27,588 nt of DNA from assembly GCF_006345805.1 (NCBI RefSeq), contig NW_021833345.1, positions 1 to 27,588 on the forward strand, given 5' to 3'. The DNA comes from Octopus sinensis (taxonomy: Eukaryota). The notes beneath the pieces are model-generated. The model had not been told where the DNA came from. It made no database searches and saw nothing but the letters and a program-made list of their open reading frames with translations. A program made the translations under genes and the position numbers. This document shows positions 8,401-21,246 of this stretch, one piece after another (positions within the stretch are counted from its first letter, which is position 1; each line of letters begins with the position of its first letter).

Positions 8401-9904
8401 CTTCTGATTTTCTTGTGTCTGAACACGCTCGTCTGACAGTTAAATTTTTAACGGCCAAATATTGTCGTCCATTTGCTTAACGTATTGACAAAAGTACGTT
8501 TAAATTTACTGTTCGTAAATTTGTTTCCCAGGTGTAAATACTGATTCTCACTGATGACATCAGGTTTGAGAAGACTAAGTTCGCGTCTCAGCCTGAATAT
8601 TAAATTTTCCATACGATTAATTCTAAATATTTTGTTAACAGTTTTTTTCGAGAGTCGATAATAATTATCGCAATCGCCTTTGAATTTCTCCATCTAAAAA
8701 CAAATAAAAATCCATGTTCAAGTTTCGACACCCGTTATTTAATGCATCAGCATCTACATAAATTTTCTAAATTCATGTTTTTTACACACTTTAGTGATTT
8801 CCCTTCCAATAAATTTTTTTCTAAGTTTTAATTCAAACCGTTGCCTCGTAATTAACGGTTCAGAGCATATCCTCCACCACCTATTCAGAAACGAAAGGAA
8901 TTCATTTCACAATATCACCTGGCTGTTATTCAAAACTGGCCCAATTAACAAATTGGTAGCATTTACCTGGTCGCTTGACCTGCTATAAATAACATTGAAA
9001 TCTCACTCAACAGTCTGCTTACATTTGTGAAAAGAAAAACAGTAAAAGGACTCATTGTATAATAAATATATATATATTCAAGTATCATTATACCAGAAAA
9101 AAAAAACAATATAATATTGAATGACAGAATACATTTAACCAATTTTGGCCCAGAGTTCAATACAAGAATTATTTCCTAAATCGGTTACACGTGATCAACC
9201 AATTCATTACTTCATAGTAATGAGCTTAAAGTGCGTAATTATTTTCAGGAGTCGACATTTATTTTAAATTCCAATTGGTCTTTCCTTTTTGAAATTCTTG
9301 CTACTCCATGTCTGTTGATTTCATTTTTGCTTTTTTCATGAAAGGATTGTCCAATTAAATCTTTTAAAGCATGTTATGTATTATAGTAAATAATATATTT
9401 TCTTTATTTTCTCAACTAAAACTCACATTTCATTTTATGTATAGCTTTCAGCGTGCACCATTCAGAACAGTCATCACATACCTAATGTTTTCATTTCTTA
9501 CTATTGTTTATTTTATCAATCCTAGAAGAGTTGAAGTTACTACACTATGACTCTGTTTTTACAATCTATAAAGGCAATATTATAAAGCAACGGAGTTTGT
9601 TACGAAGTCAAAGACTCTGGATAGTCGGAATATCCACAATCAGCTTTATGCCATAAAAAATTCAAAATATTGGCTCTACCGGGTCCCAGGAGTATCGCTC
9701 AGTCTGCTGTTGAAAATCCACTGGAATAAGCTAAAATCTCTGCATGCAAGGAGGACGAGAAAGTTTCCTCTCTCTCTCTGATATTAAATCAAATTCTTGA
9801 AATATTTAATAATATTGTACCGAGGCACAAAAAGCCAGAGCCATTTTGAACAAGATCCCGCCGGTAGCCATTGCCATCTGCGAGACAAGAACGAGATTTC
9901 ACCA

Positions 9905-10090
9905 ACAACCAATTGCTATGCGCGAGACGATAACGAGACTCTCACCGGCAGCCAGTATTTAAGAAAGAGAGCACCGACATTCTCTCTGTCACTCTTCTCA
10001 CACTCAACGCCGAGAAACACGGCGAAGCCAGCAGCTCACAGCTGACTCTTCTTCCGCTCTGACTCCACGTGCTTATCTCCAGAGGTAATG
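9905..10090 (+). promoter_or_regulatory. Possible Pol II promoter or LTR-like segment with a first non-coding exon
   Basis: A CpG-richer island with CCAAT (9909-9913), TATTTAAG (9956-9963), an Inr-like TCACTC about 35 nt downstream and a donor-like GAG/GTAATG at 10085. Confidence 0.25.
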
Positions 10091-10359
10091 ACCCTCACGT
10101 ATACGGAGCTAAAACAAACAACGCGCTGCTATAAAGATGGTCACTGAGAGCGAACCACATGAATGAGAACTCTGTAAAATAAACGGCTATTGAATTGTAT
10201 TACATAGAGTTGACGAGAGTCACCTCGACTGTCCTATACCTCAGCATTTGCAACATTACACCATTTTGAAATGTTGGAAAGAATGGATAACATTATAAAC
10301 AGTAATTTATAATGGCAGATTTCACCACTTGTTCTCTCCCTAAAAATATTTGTTCATGT

Positions 10360-10509
10360 GTAGGAGTGGCTGTGTGGTAAGTAGCTTGCTTAAGAACCAC
10401 ATGGTTCCGGGTTCAGTCCCATCTTGGGCAAGTGTCTTCGACTATAGCCTCGAGCCAACCAAAGCCTTGTGAGTGGATTTGGTAGACAGAAACTCAAAGA
10501 AGCCCGTCG

Positions 10510-10581
<72 letters not shown>

Positions 10582-10805
10582 GTGTGTATGTTTGTGTGTC
10601 TGTGTTTGTCCCCACAACATCGCTTGATAACCGATGCTGGTGTGTTTACTTTCCCGTAACTTAGCGGTTCGGCAAAAGAGACCGATAGAATAAGTACTAA
10701 GCTTACAAAGAATAAGTCCTGGGATCGATTTGCTCGACTAAAGGCGGTTCTCCAGCATGACCTCAGTCACATGACTGAAACAATTAAAAGAGAGAAAAGA
10801 AAAGA
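10360..10805 (+). mobile_element. Near full-length OR-like tRNA-derived SINE
   Basis: A box TGGCTGTGTGG, B-box-like GGTTCAGTCCC, CORE-like cttgggcaagtgtc, an internal (AT)n and an A/G-rich tail; aligns to 24400-24818. Confidence 0.92.
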
Positions 10806-11979
10806 AAGTTGTGTCTTTTTGTTATTTTTGTATTTTCTTACGGGAAAAATGTCAAAGCAATGACATTTTACGTGTCCTTTGATAATGATGGGGAGAAGGC
10901 GGTAATCCGAAAACCGAAGACCTGATCTGAATGCTTGAAAGAGAAAGACAACTGCACAAAAGATACCCGAGGGCCAGATGGTGGCGTTAAACCGTATGAT
11001 TTTACTTTTCTGCTTAACAAAAGGGTCACTTCTTTCTACTGGCTTCTACTCGTATTATCACAACCAAATTTCTACTCTACAATGAGATTTGAACTGAAAA
11101 TCACGTAGTTGTCAAACGATCTTCATAACCAAAAGATTTTAAAATTGCTCCTATGTTAAAAATCAATAACAAATGTACTAAGAACTTTTGTGCGTTCTGC
11201 TTCGTGTGAACATTTTATTTTATTACTCCAGTTACTTTGGTGTATTACTTTATATGACTTCATGTCCTATTGATGACAAATATATAAATTATATTTATGA
11301 TTCTTTCCTATTAATCTCTTTCTTCTAAATTTTATGCTAACTTCCAGTCAATAAACATCGATTAATTCCTCTGAAGTTCTTCGTTTAACTGTTCTTAAGA
11401 CTCGTGCTATTCAAAATAGTATTAACTCAGTATTGTGGAGCGAACTAACTGAATATATGAAGAGAGCAATTGCAAGTGCCAGGGTTCGACTGCTTCATAT
11501 TACAGACATTTCAAACGTCCCAAATTTCCGGAAATGATATAAACTGAGATGATTTAAATCCTCTGAGCATTTGCCAAGAATTTAGAGGATATTTAAAAAG
11601 ATTTATTAAGTAAGAAGATCTTGTAAATAACCTATAGCCTTTATAGATCCTTCCAAACTGGAGATATTGGTGCGGTGGGTGAAAATCAACATTTGCAAAC
11701 ATACGTTTTAGCTGGACGTAATTCTAGAAAGCGAACGTTCTGTGTAAGAAAGAACTAACACAGGGTTGGATAGTGTGGAGTATAAGGCGGAGCAGACAGT
11801 GTGACGGGGGGGGGCCAGATATAGCTAGGATGATGTATATTGAGTTAAAATATTATACATAAAAAGAGGATAAGAGCGCCAGGGGGCTGAAAGGTAATTG
11901 TATGCTGATCAGTAGATATTTGGGGTCGCGGAGATCCTGTTTATGATGCTTGAGTGTGCACTAGTGGTCCCGTAAGTAC

Positions 11980-12570
11980 AATTGATGCATTTGTTTCTCC
12001 CATAAGTGCAGTTTCACTTGAAATGCCTTCACTGCGGCATACATATCACAGATCATGCCATCCTGTCCCTGAAGCTGGATGTTTAAAACACTAAGATGCG
12101 CAGTTATTTCAACAGGAAACGCCATCTCTAATTTGCACTTTTCATCCCACAGAATTTTGTATTCTTTTCCTTTAATGTCCATGAACTGACGTATCCCTCA
12201 ACCAGCTCAAAAACTATACTGAGGACCTTACTCCGACTGAGTCACCGCACCTCCGTATGATAAGGCACGTCACCGATCTCTGAATCTATTTCTTGCAGGA
12301 AAGACTGAAATTGGCGATGATTTAACCCTTTCGCTCGGATAAAATTTACGGTTAGCATTACAGTTCTCAGTACATGTTCCATTTTTAAGGCTTTAGCGCA
12401 CCGCGTTTCGTTGTGTATGATGTGGTGATATGTTGTCAACACACCAGCGCAGTTACCTTCTTGCATCTTTAAATGTATTCTACCCACTAGTCTACATTTT
12501 TCTACGCACATCACCGGTGCTCCATTTATCGTAAGTCCAACAAGTTTTCCCAAGGCAGTTTCATGTGGGC
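11980..12570 (-). pseudogene. hAT (SPIN/Charlie, GTF2IRD2-like) transposase remnant
   Basis: KLVGLTINGAPVMC..YHHIIHNETRCAKALKMEHV..VNFIRAKGLNHRQFQSFL..PYHTEVR*LSR..FMDIKG..LNIQLQG..VKAFQVKLHLWE. The catalytic TDGA and YHC motifs are mutated, and a stop and frameshifts are present. Confidence 0.9.
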
Positions 12571-12574
12571 TACA

Positions 12575-13025
12575 GCAAATATTCTGCTCAATACCACAGA
12601 TTTGCTTGTCAGTTGTTTGACCGTAACCAGTTGACCATGACCCTTAGTGGCTGACGACATGTGCATCTCTGATCACAAGCAGAAGTAGTGGGGGAGCATC
12701 ATAGCCATGTGTTGAAAGGAATTATTGGAGGTTTGGATAATTCACCTTTGGAAACATGGGTGGTTTGGTCAACATCATTAAACAATCCTTATTCAGCGAC
12801 CTTTTGAGTGGGATGGGTTACTCGACCAGAAGAAAAAATTCTAACTTGGCCCCACCTGCAAGGTCATGTGTTGTTTATTATGATATGAGATCACCATGCC
12901 GCACACATGGTTGTGATGCATATAGCTGGTGTACCCTTATCAGACGGGTAGTCATGATGGGTATACTGGGCTTCATATATTTTACCCCAGTGTCACTTTG
13001 ATGCCATGCACTGCTCTCTCACTCG

Positions 13026-13084
<59 letters not shown>

Positions 13085-13108
13085 TATAATTATAATAATA
13101 ATAATAAT

Positions 13109-13110
<2 letters not shown>
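12575..13110 (+). mobile_element. Non-coding 3' end of a retroelement with an (AAT)n tail
   Basis: A GC-balanced block that abuts the hAT remnant and ends ctctcactcgataataat.. in a long (AAT)n. I recall it as a common octopus repeat, unverified. Confidence 0.55.

Positions 13111-13176
<66 letters not shown>
13026..13176. repeat. (AAT)n then (AAC)n microsatellite
   Basis: Direct inspection. Confidence 0.95.
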
Positions 13177-13178
<2 letters not shown>

Positions 13179-13351
13179 GTAAGTGCAATCTAGATGTATT
13201 GCAAAAGTCGGCATTACTTGGAACTGCACGCATATTGCGTAAAGTAGTGTCTGTCTGAGGTCCTTGTTGTGACTTGACAAACAGTACAAACACCCGGTAG
13301 ACACAATATTTTCAATCAACAACATCACGATATTGTATACTGTGCGACCTC

Positions 13352-13405
<54 letters not shown>
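13177..13405 (+). mobile_element. Severely 5'-truncated R4/Dong-like LINE 3' end with a (TAA)n tail
   Basis: GKCNLDVLQKSALLGTARILRKVVSV* (typical RLE-LINE C-terminus; stop 13256-13258), about 95 nt of 3' UTR, then (TAA)n at 13354-13405. Confidence 0.85.
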
Positions 13406-13406
<1 letters not shown>

Positions 13407-14002
13407 GTGGTAATAGGAACTGCACAAGTATGACTAATGAATTAAACCGAGAGATACCTTAACTGAAATGTGAAAGTGAATACAACAAAATAATCATTCT
13501 AACACTATTTTTTCTACCAACACACAGTTTATAATATGTTAACTTTCATCAAATGTCACCTTTAAATACGGAATATACGATATTTCCTTATTTCGATGTT
13601 GCGGCTACTGTTATTCAACCCCCTGTCAGCAGACTTCCTCCTATGATACAAGGCATGTCAGCCATGACAGTTACCTCTTGCTTATTTTCCTATTTTTAAA
13701 CAATTTTCACAAACATGATATCAAATGTTATATAAAGTATATTCAATTAAAAAAATTTTTTTTTTAATTTTAAGGCAGCAAGTTGTGATGTAAGAAGAAA
13801 ATTTGGTTGTTACTTTTAACAGGTCGAGCGACCACATAGTGGTCCTTTGACGTGAGCGGTTACGTCATACTGTAACAATGATACGTTTACTCTGCCTTGT
13901 AATGACAGCTCGCCACATATAATTTCACACTCCGAATGAATGCTGAAAACGGCATTTTCCCTTTACAATTAAGGTAGAAACAGCGACAACAGCAGAAGCA
14001 GC

Positions 14003-14015
14003 AATAATAATAAGA

Positions 14016-14064
<49 letters not shown>

Positions 14065-14191
14065 TATTAATAATAATAATAATGATGATGATAATAATAA
14101 TAATGATGATGATGATGATGGTGGTGATGGTGGTGGTGGTGGTGATGGTGGTGGTGGTGGTGGTGGTGGTGGTTGTGGTGATGTGATGATG

Positions 14192-14227
<36 letters not shown>

Positions 14228-14246
14228 CGATGATGATGATGATGAC

Positions 14247-14282
<36 letters not shown>

Positions 14283-14283
14283 A
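14003..14283. repeat. (AAT)n/(GAT)n/(GGT)n trinucleotide tract
   Basis: Direct inspection. Confidence 0.95.
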
Positions 14284-14467
14284 AGGGATGAACAAATATG
14301 AAAAGATAAATAAAACTGAGCGAAGCCATAATTGCGAAAGTTTGCGATGGTGTAGCAATGCGATGACACTTCGTCTTTAACATAAATGCCTTAAGTTCAA
14401 AGATTTCCAACAGGGAATCATTCAAAACCAAATTTTAACCTTCTCTTCTACCTCAGTTCTTCTCTCT

Positions 14468-15070
<603 letters not shown>

Positions 15071-15077
15071 TGTGGGT

Positions 15078-15080
<3 letters not shown>

Positions 15081-15117
<37 letters not shown>

Positions 15118-15168
15118 GGGGAATGCTGAGAGAGAGAGAGACTGGGTATGCAGAGATAGAGACGGGGA

Positions 15169-15199
<31 letters not shown>

Positions 15200-15304
15200 C
15201 GGGGAATGCAGAGAGAGAGGGAGAGAGAGACGGGGAATGAAGAGAGAGAGAGAGACGGAGAGAGAGAGAGAGAGACGGGGAATGCAAAGAGAGAGAGGCG
15301 GGGG
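15081..15304. repeat. Compound minisatellite: about 6 GACGGGGAATGCA cores separated by variable (GA)n
   Basis: Cores near 15115, 15140, 15161, 15198, 15228 and 15273. Confidence 0.9.
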
Positions 15305-15584
15305 TAGACGTGTATGGTTAATATATTCAATCTCCAGTGCATTACGGATAATTTTTCTATTATTATTCCAGACGCCGAGGTGGAGATGACAACGACGTGT
15401 TTGAACTGAAAAACGAAAAGACAAGTGGTTAAAAGAATATTAGAACATAAATAAGCTCCCTGGCACTGTTGTATCGTTTCTGCTACTCCAGCTCCTCAAA
15501 CATCCTGAAAGTGTATAACAACAATATCTAAAAGTAAATAAAATGGGAAAAATGTGACCAGAAAAGAAGGAAAAGGGAAATGAT

Positions 15585-15764
15585 TTATATATATATAATG
15601 TATATTTATATACATATATATATAGAGAGACACATACACACATACATACACCTACATATACTACACTGACATATACACATATACCTGTATATACATTCAT
15701 ACTTACCATATGTATGTATATATGTGTATTTGTATGTATGTATGTATGTATGTATGTGCATAAA

Positions 15765-15818
<54 letters not shown>

Positions 15819-16222
15819 GTATGTACATATATGTGTGCGTATATAAATATATACGCACACATATATAGATTTACATAGGTACATGTATGGTATAAATCTC
15901 TTTCTATCTATCTATAACTATCTATAAGCATAAGTATATGAATACACAAATATAGATATACACGTACATAAATATATTTTATATTTATATTTATATATAA
16001 ATAAATATATCATTTTATATATGCGCATATATATATATATACATATATATATACTCTCACACATAAACACACATACATAAATACGTATGTGTGTGTATGT
16101 GTGTAAGTATATAGGTGTAACCAACCTAATGTTTATATATGTGTATGTATGCATGTATGTATGTATATATGTATATATGTATGTATGTTCGTATGTATGT
16201 ATGTATGCATGTATGTATGTAT
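15585..16222. repeat. (AT)n/(ATGT)n/(AC)n low-complexity tract
   Basis: Direct inspection. Confidence 0.9.
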
Positions 16223-16481
16223 ACAAGCGTAAATCCCATTAAAGAATTAATAAGATTAGAAGCGAAAAAACGTTGGAAAACTTTGGAAAACAAGACAGCT
16301 GTATTGGTCAGACATAATGTCATTTCTTGTAAGAGAATTATTCAATAGAATCCTAACCATTCTCGAATCTTGAGAATTGAATGCACAGAGAATTGTGGGA
16401 TATTGGATTAAGATAACTTATCTTAATCTACATGAATAGAAAATGTCGCGCGTTCACTAACGTGTTTGTGTGTATTTGTTT

Positions 16482-16668
16482 CGTAAATATATGTTTGAGC
16501 GTACGTGTGTGTGTGTGCATGATTATGTATGTGTGTGTATGTGCAGATTTTGTGTTGTGGTTGTTGTTGTAGTTGTTGTTGTTGTTGATGATGATGATGA
16601 TGATCATAATCATGATGATGATCATCATCATCATCATGACGATAACGATGATGAGGATGATGGTGATG
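16482..16668. repeat. (GT)n/(GTT)n/(GAT)n simple repeats
   Basis: Direct inspection. Confidence 0.9.
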
Positions 16669-17261
16669 TAATATTTCAAGATTTATCTTCTTACCGTTAA
16701 TATTTGGCCATGACAAACATGTCTGTTTAATATAATATAACAATATAAAGCTTTTTTCTTATTGGAGCTTCGTCCGCAAATAAATAAATACATAAATAAA
16801 TGCGTAAATAAATAAAATTTAATAAACAAAACTATAGAAAGAAATGAATAAAGAAATACCAAAAAATCAGAAGAAGTCTCGTTAAAGCTGTTTTAGAAAA
16901 ATGACTTTATGTTTTATATTTTATTAGTTTCTCCATCTAAAAAAAATTGCTTTTCTTTAATCTTGCTTCTGCAAAGAATTTTAATTATTTTTCATTTATG
17001 CTACAAGAATTTCTTTCTCTTCTTATTTTTTCTTTATAGTATAAATATTTTTTTTTAATGAATCGTAGGAGTTATTATATATTAAAAAGCGACTGGAAAT
17101 TCAAAACTATAATAAAATCAGTCCTACTCGCATTATACACACTCACGTATATGTGTATATAGGTATACATACATAAACATACACACACATATATATAAGT
17201 ATATGTATGTATATATATATATATGTATAGTTATAGATAGATAGATATACGTACATATATT

Positions 17262-18331
17262 TGTTTTTCTACCTCTTCCTCATTTTTCTTCTCAACTGGG
17301 GGAGGGAGCGTCTCCTCCGTGACCGGGAGATTCACCTCTCCCCTCATCCCAAGGATCCTTCAGTGAGCACCCATTATTGCTCACCTTCTTCCTCTAGCGG
17401 CCCTTCTTTGAGGAGTCCTCTGCCTTCTCGGCCGCCTTCGTTCCTTCTTCAACAGAAGTCCTCATCAACTGCTCCAGGACTTTGCTTTGTTCCTGAGGAC
17501 AGTTTTTCTTTAAATGGCCAGGCTCCAGGCACCGATGACACCTGGGGCGGGGGGAGCGGCCCTCAAGAATCACCAGGTATCTGCACCCGGTCATCATAAA
17601 AAATCTGGAAAAACCAGAATATCGGCTGATTGGGTCCACAGGACATTTAAGAGCTTGGCTCTGCTGCCACCCAGACCCCGACGGATAGTGTATTCTATCC
17701 ATTCGGGTTGTACTCCGGATGGCAGCCTACACACCCAAGCTCTTGTCAATTTCCTACCACTATATGTAGTAGAAACAGAATTTTCTCCCCTTCCAAGGGT
17801 TGCCACGCAAGATCTCAGGCCTCTCCAGGGGTGTCAAACAGCAACCACACCGTTGCATATTTGATATCCCTTGCAATAAACTGCCAATTCCTTCTCAATG
17901 TCCGCCTGAGAAAACACAGTGATGGTGTCGAGGAACTTAGAATACGTACTCAACACCACCGTTCTCTCATTAAAGTTTGTTTCTCACTGCTTGGTAGGGG
18001 CCACAATTTGCCACTCCAATACAGTGTTTTCTCGCCATGCTTGCAAAAGAAAAAAATAAAGAAAAATGTTCAGCACAAAATCCAAAACATTGCAAATAAA
18101 AAGTCCAGTAAAAACAAAAAAAAGAACAGAAAGACAGAGCAGAGAAAAAGAACGAAGAAAGACAGTTCAATTCACGGCAACACAATTTCGCCACTCAGGT
18201 AATCCACAAGAATACAGGTAGCAGCACACAAGAATTCCTCCACGAATTCATAAATTTTCCAAATTTTGGTATCAAGACACGCTCACCAAAACAACAATTC
18301 TCACAGCTAAGTGAGGCACTCGGCGCGACTG
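17262..18331 (-). mobile_element. LINE 5' portion (5' UTR plus degenerate ORF1 with CCHC knuckle; L1/Tx1-like), 3'-truncated
   Basis: Frameshifted segments RTVVLSTYSKF.., VWLLFDTPGEA*, YSGRKLTRAWVCRLPSGVQPEWIE.., YLVILEGR..PRCHRCLEPGHLKKNCP. A likely ATG is at 18038 and the 5' end is CAGTC near 18331. The clade is uncertain. Confidence 0.75.
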
Positions 18332-18572
18332 CAGCAGACAAATGTCTAGGATCCAGTGAAGATTTCTTTTTCGAGAAAAAGAAATATAAAAAAATATAAA
18401 TTCCCAACCGAATCCCTTTGTATCTATAGTAGAAAGGTTTACTTCTTTGAAAGGAACAACACATTGCAAATCGTTACGTCTGAGCACTGAGGCTGTTTAT
18501 TAAAAAATATTCATGTCATTTTAAAGATCCTGGCATTTCTGAAACGCCGCGAAAATTTACTTGCAGACTGTA

Positions 18573-18658
18573 GACCATACGTGACACATCTAAGGACCAT
18601 AGGTGACACTTCTACGAACCATACGTGGCACATCTACGGACCAAACGTGATACACAAG
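18573..18658. repeat. About 4 copies of a 22-bp tandem unit (GACCATACGTGACACATCTACG)
   Basis: Units start at 18573, 18595, 18617 and 18639. Confidence 0.9.
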
Positions 18659-19837
18659 TGTTGCATGGTACAGTTCTTGGAAGCTTCGATTTACCAAGTA
18701 AAACATGTACATTTATAAGTGGCGCCAGAACTTCAGTTTTGTTGCTTCGGTTTGTAGCGATCCCATGTAAGGGGCATTTAAGTTTCACCGATATCACCTG
18801 GGTTATTTCAACCAATCGCGAACTTTATACAAATCAGTGACAGTATATTTTTTTTAAAGTCATTTTCGTGATTTCACTGCATTTGTTAGACACCAGAAAA
18901 GCCCCACCCTCACCTCTCTCTCCTTCTCTCTCCATTTGATTTTCGTTTTAGAAGCAATCATTCTTTTTCAATTCTAACTGTACTTGCTAGGCTTTTGCTT
19001 TGGTCTAGTCGCGACAAAATGATTTATATCAGTTTAAATAAATTACATTTATCTGACTTTTCTTTGAATGTTGGCCATTTATCTGCTTGCACATATAGAC
19101 ATCTGCGACACACATTATTCCAGTGATACGAAAACATGAACATATCTATGTACATTTTCACGACATTTATATAATATACAATGTCTAAAAGACTTATCGA
19201 TGTACATTTTCACATACACATTCATGGAAACCTCGCATGTCTCAAATCTTTTTTTCTATTTTAATCTGCATTCAGAAACTACATACAATTTAATTTTTAT
19301 TCCGTTATTTTGCCACCAAGATACATCAAGATCTGCATTTTAGTTGATATGACATGAAAAGGAAACTTATATACAGCCAATCTTTGTTCGTATATCTACG
19401 AACAAATCTTTTAATTTCCTAAATGTACATTTTACTGAATCAAGCCTATTATATGAGTGATAACGTATTTGGTGGACTCTTGAAAGCAGGAGAGATATTA
19501 TTGCCTGTGATTTCATATGAAGACGAAAGTAAATGGACAAAAGATATATTAAAGACCACGTAGCTAGCACTCAGGGGTTCTTTCCGCTCGCAGGCCAAAT
19601 TTAAAATATAAAGAAGTATTTAAATATTCGTCAAAAATGTCATTGTTGCTAGCATTTAAACATTAACTTCCCCATTTTACTGGTCTCAAAGATACTAGAG
19701 AGATGGGTTTTTTTTTTCAAGACTAAACACTAAAACATGACTGCATGTTAAATATTTGACAATAACGTTTACGTCCCATTGGGTATGATATAAAATTGTT
19801 ATTTATCATATATCTTAAAAAAGTCTCCAGCAATATA

Positions 19838-19865
19838 TGTGTGCGTGTGTGTATTTGTATGTATG

Positions 19866-19906
<41 letters not shown>

Positions 19907-20068
19907 ACATATATACATGTTTATAGATACATATATATATATAAGTATACATATATATATTTATACATGTATACATATATATATGTATATATATCTGTAT
20001 ATATATATATATTTTTGTATATATATATACATGTATATATGTATTTGTATATAGATAGATATATAAAT

Positions 20069-20111
<43 letters not shown>

Positions 20112-20212
20112 AATATATATATATAAAGGCATATATATATATATGTTCATATATATACATAAATAAATAAATATATATTTATATCAATATATGTGAGTGC
20201 GCGCGCGCGCAC
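19838..20212. repeat. (GT)n/(AT)n/(AC)n microsatellite tract
   Basis: Direct inspection. Confidence 0.93.
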
Positions 20213-20581
20213 ATATTTATGAATCCAATATACAAACTATATTGAAGGAACAATGAAGCAGGTTTTAGATTCATTTGTCGAACTGTGCTTGTTCATTCTT
20301 AAGAAGTTTCTCTTGTCATTGAGGAGAACGTATGATGAGAGCCTACAACAAGCCAGGCCTACATCAATAAACATTTGTAAGACCAGTTCTAGTTTTAGCA
20401 ATTATTTACATGTAGAGAGATGGAAGTTTTTAAGAAACAGAGAAGTGAAATGTTTAAAAAATATTTTATCTTTCTCAAAACACAAATGTACTTCATCTTA
20501 GCAGAAAAATACATTTCTTTCCGTTTTTTTTTTCTTCTGCATTTTTCATAATCCGGAAATATTCCACTTCCTAAATTTAGC

Positions 20582-20652
20582 ACGCTCGCACACACAAACA
20601 TACATGCACACACACACACACACGCACACACACACACACACACACACACGCA
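20582..20652. repeat. (AC)n microsatellite
   Basis: Direct inspection. Confidence 0.93.
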
Positions 20653-20694
20653 AACATGAAGAAATTTATTGACATACATATGTATACATCCTTT

Positions 20695-21030
20695 CATTCT
20701 TTCACTTGTTTCGTTTATTTGACTGTGAACATGCTGGAGCACCGCCTTTTAGTGAAAGAAATTGACCCCAAGAATTTTTTTTTTGTAAGCCTGGTACTTA
20801 TTCTGTCGATTTCTTTTCTTGAACCGCTACGATACGTGGAGGGGTGTACAAACACAAATACAAAGATACGGGCTTCTTTCAGTTTCCGGCTACCAAATCC
20901 ACTCACAAGACTTTGAACGACCCGGTGCTTTAGTAAGAGACACTTGCTGAAGATGCCACGCTGTGGGACTGAACCCAGAACCATGTGGCTGGGAAGCAAG
21001 CTTCTTACCACACAGCCATGCCTGAGCCTA
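20695..21030 (-). mobile_element. OR-like SINE, diverged, almost lacking the internal microsatellite
   Basis: The reverse complement aligns to 24400-24800 (catgctggagcaccgcc..cgggcttctttcagtttcc..ccatgtgg..cttaccacacagcc). Confidence 0.88.
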
Positions 21031-21246
21031 TGTGTATATACATATTCCAGCGTGTATGTAAGTGCGTTCATGTGGGGGTATATATACACATATGTATATA
21101 TATACAGGCTTTAATGCATAAATGCATACATACGTACACACATATATACTTCATTGCATACACACATTGCTATGTACTTTCTAAGTCTTACGATAGCAAG
21201 AATCAAAGTTGGAAAATTGCTGTGTACTGATGATGTTTATAAAGGA

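Noticed and set aside
8448-8693. 81-aa minus-strand ORF preceded by a tttttag acceptor-like site
   Set aside because: There is no recognisable domain or partner exon, and the length is within chance expectation.
11761-11975. Possible hAT terminal inverted repeat near the transposase remnant (cagggttgg.., tagtggtccc)
   Set aside because: No matching inverted partner or 8-bp TSD was found on the other side.
12646-12690. CTGACGA core-like sequence
   Set aside because: It is followed by GAAG rather than GAAA and has no stem I complement.
13800-13867. Adjacent small palindromes GACCACataGTGGTC and TGACGT..ACGTCA (RUNX/CRE-like)
   Set aside because: The first part resembles 25277-25310 and looks like a decayed dispersed repeat; short palindromes are expected by chance.
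16406-16428. 11-bp-arm palindrome GATTAAGATAA-c-TTATCTTAATC
   Set aside because: It is short, AT-rich and isolated, and probably a local fold-back mutation.
19383-19406. 10-bp-arm hairpin TTTGTTCGTA-tatc-TACGAACAAA
   Set aside because: It is too short and has no supporting context; it is not a prokaryotic terminator setting.
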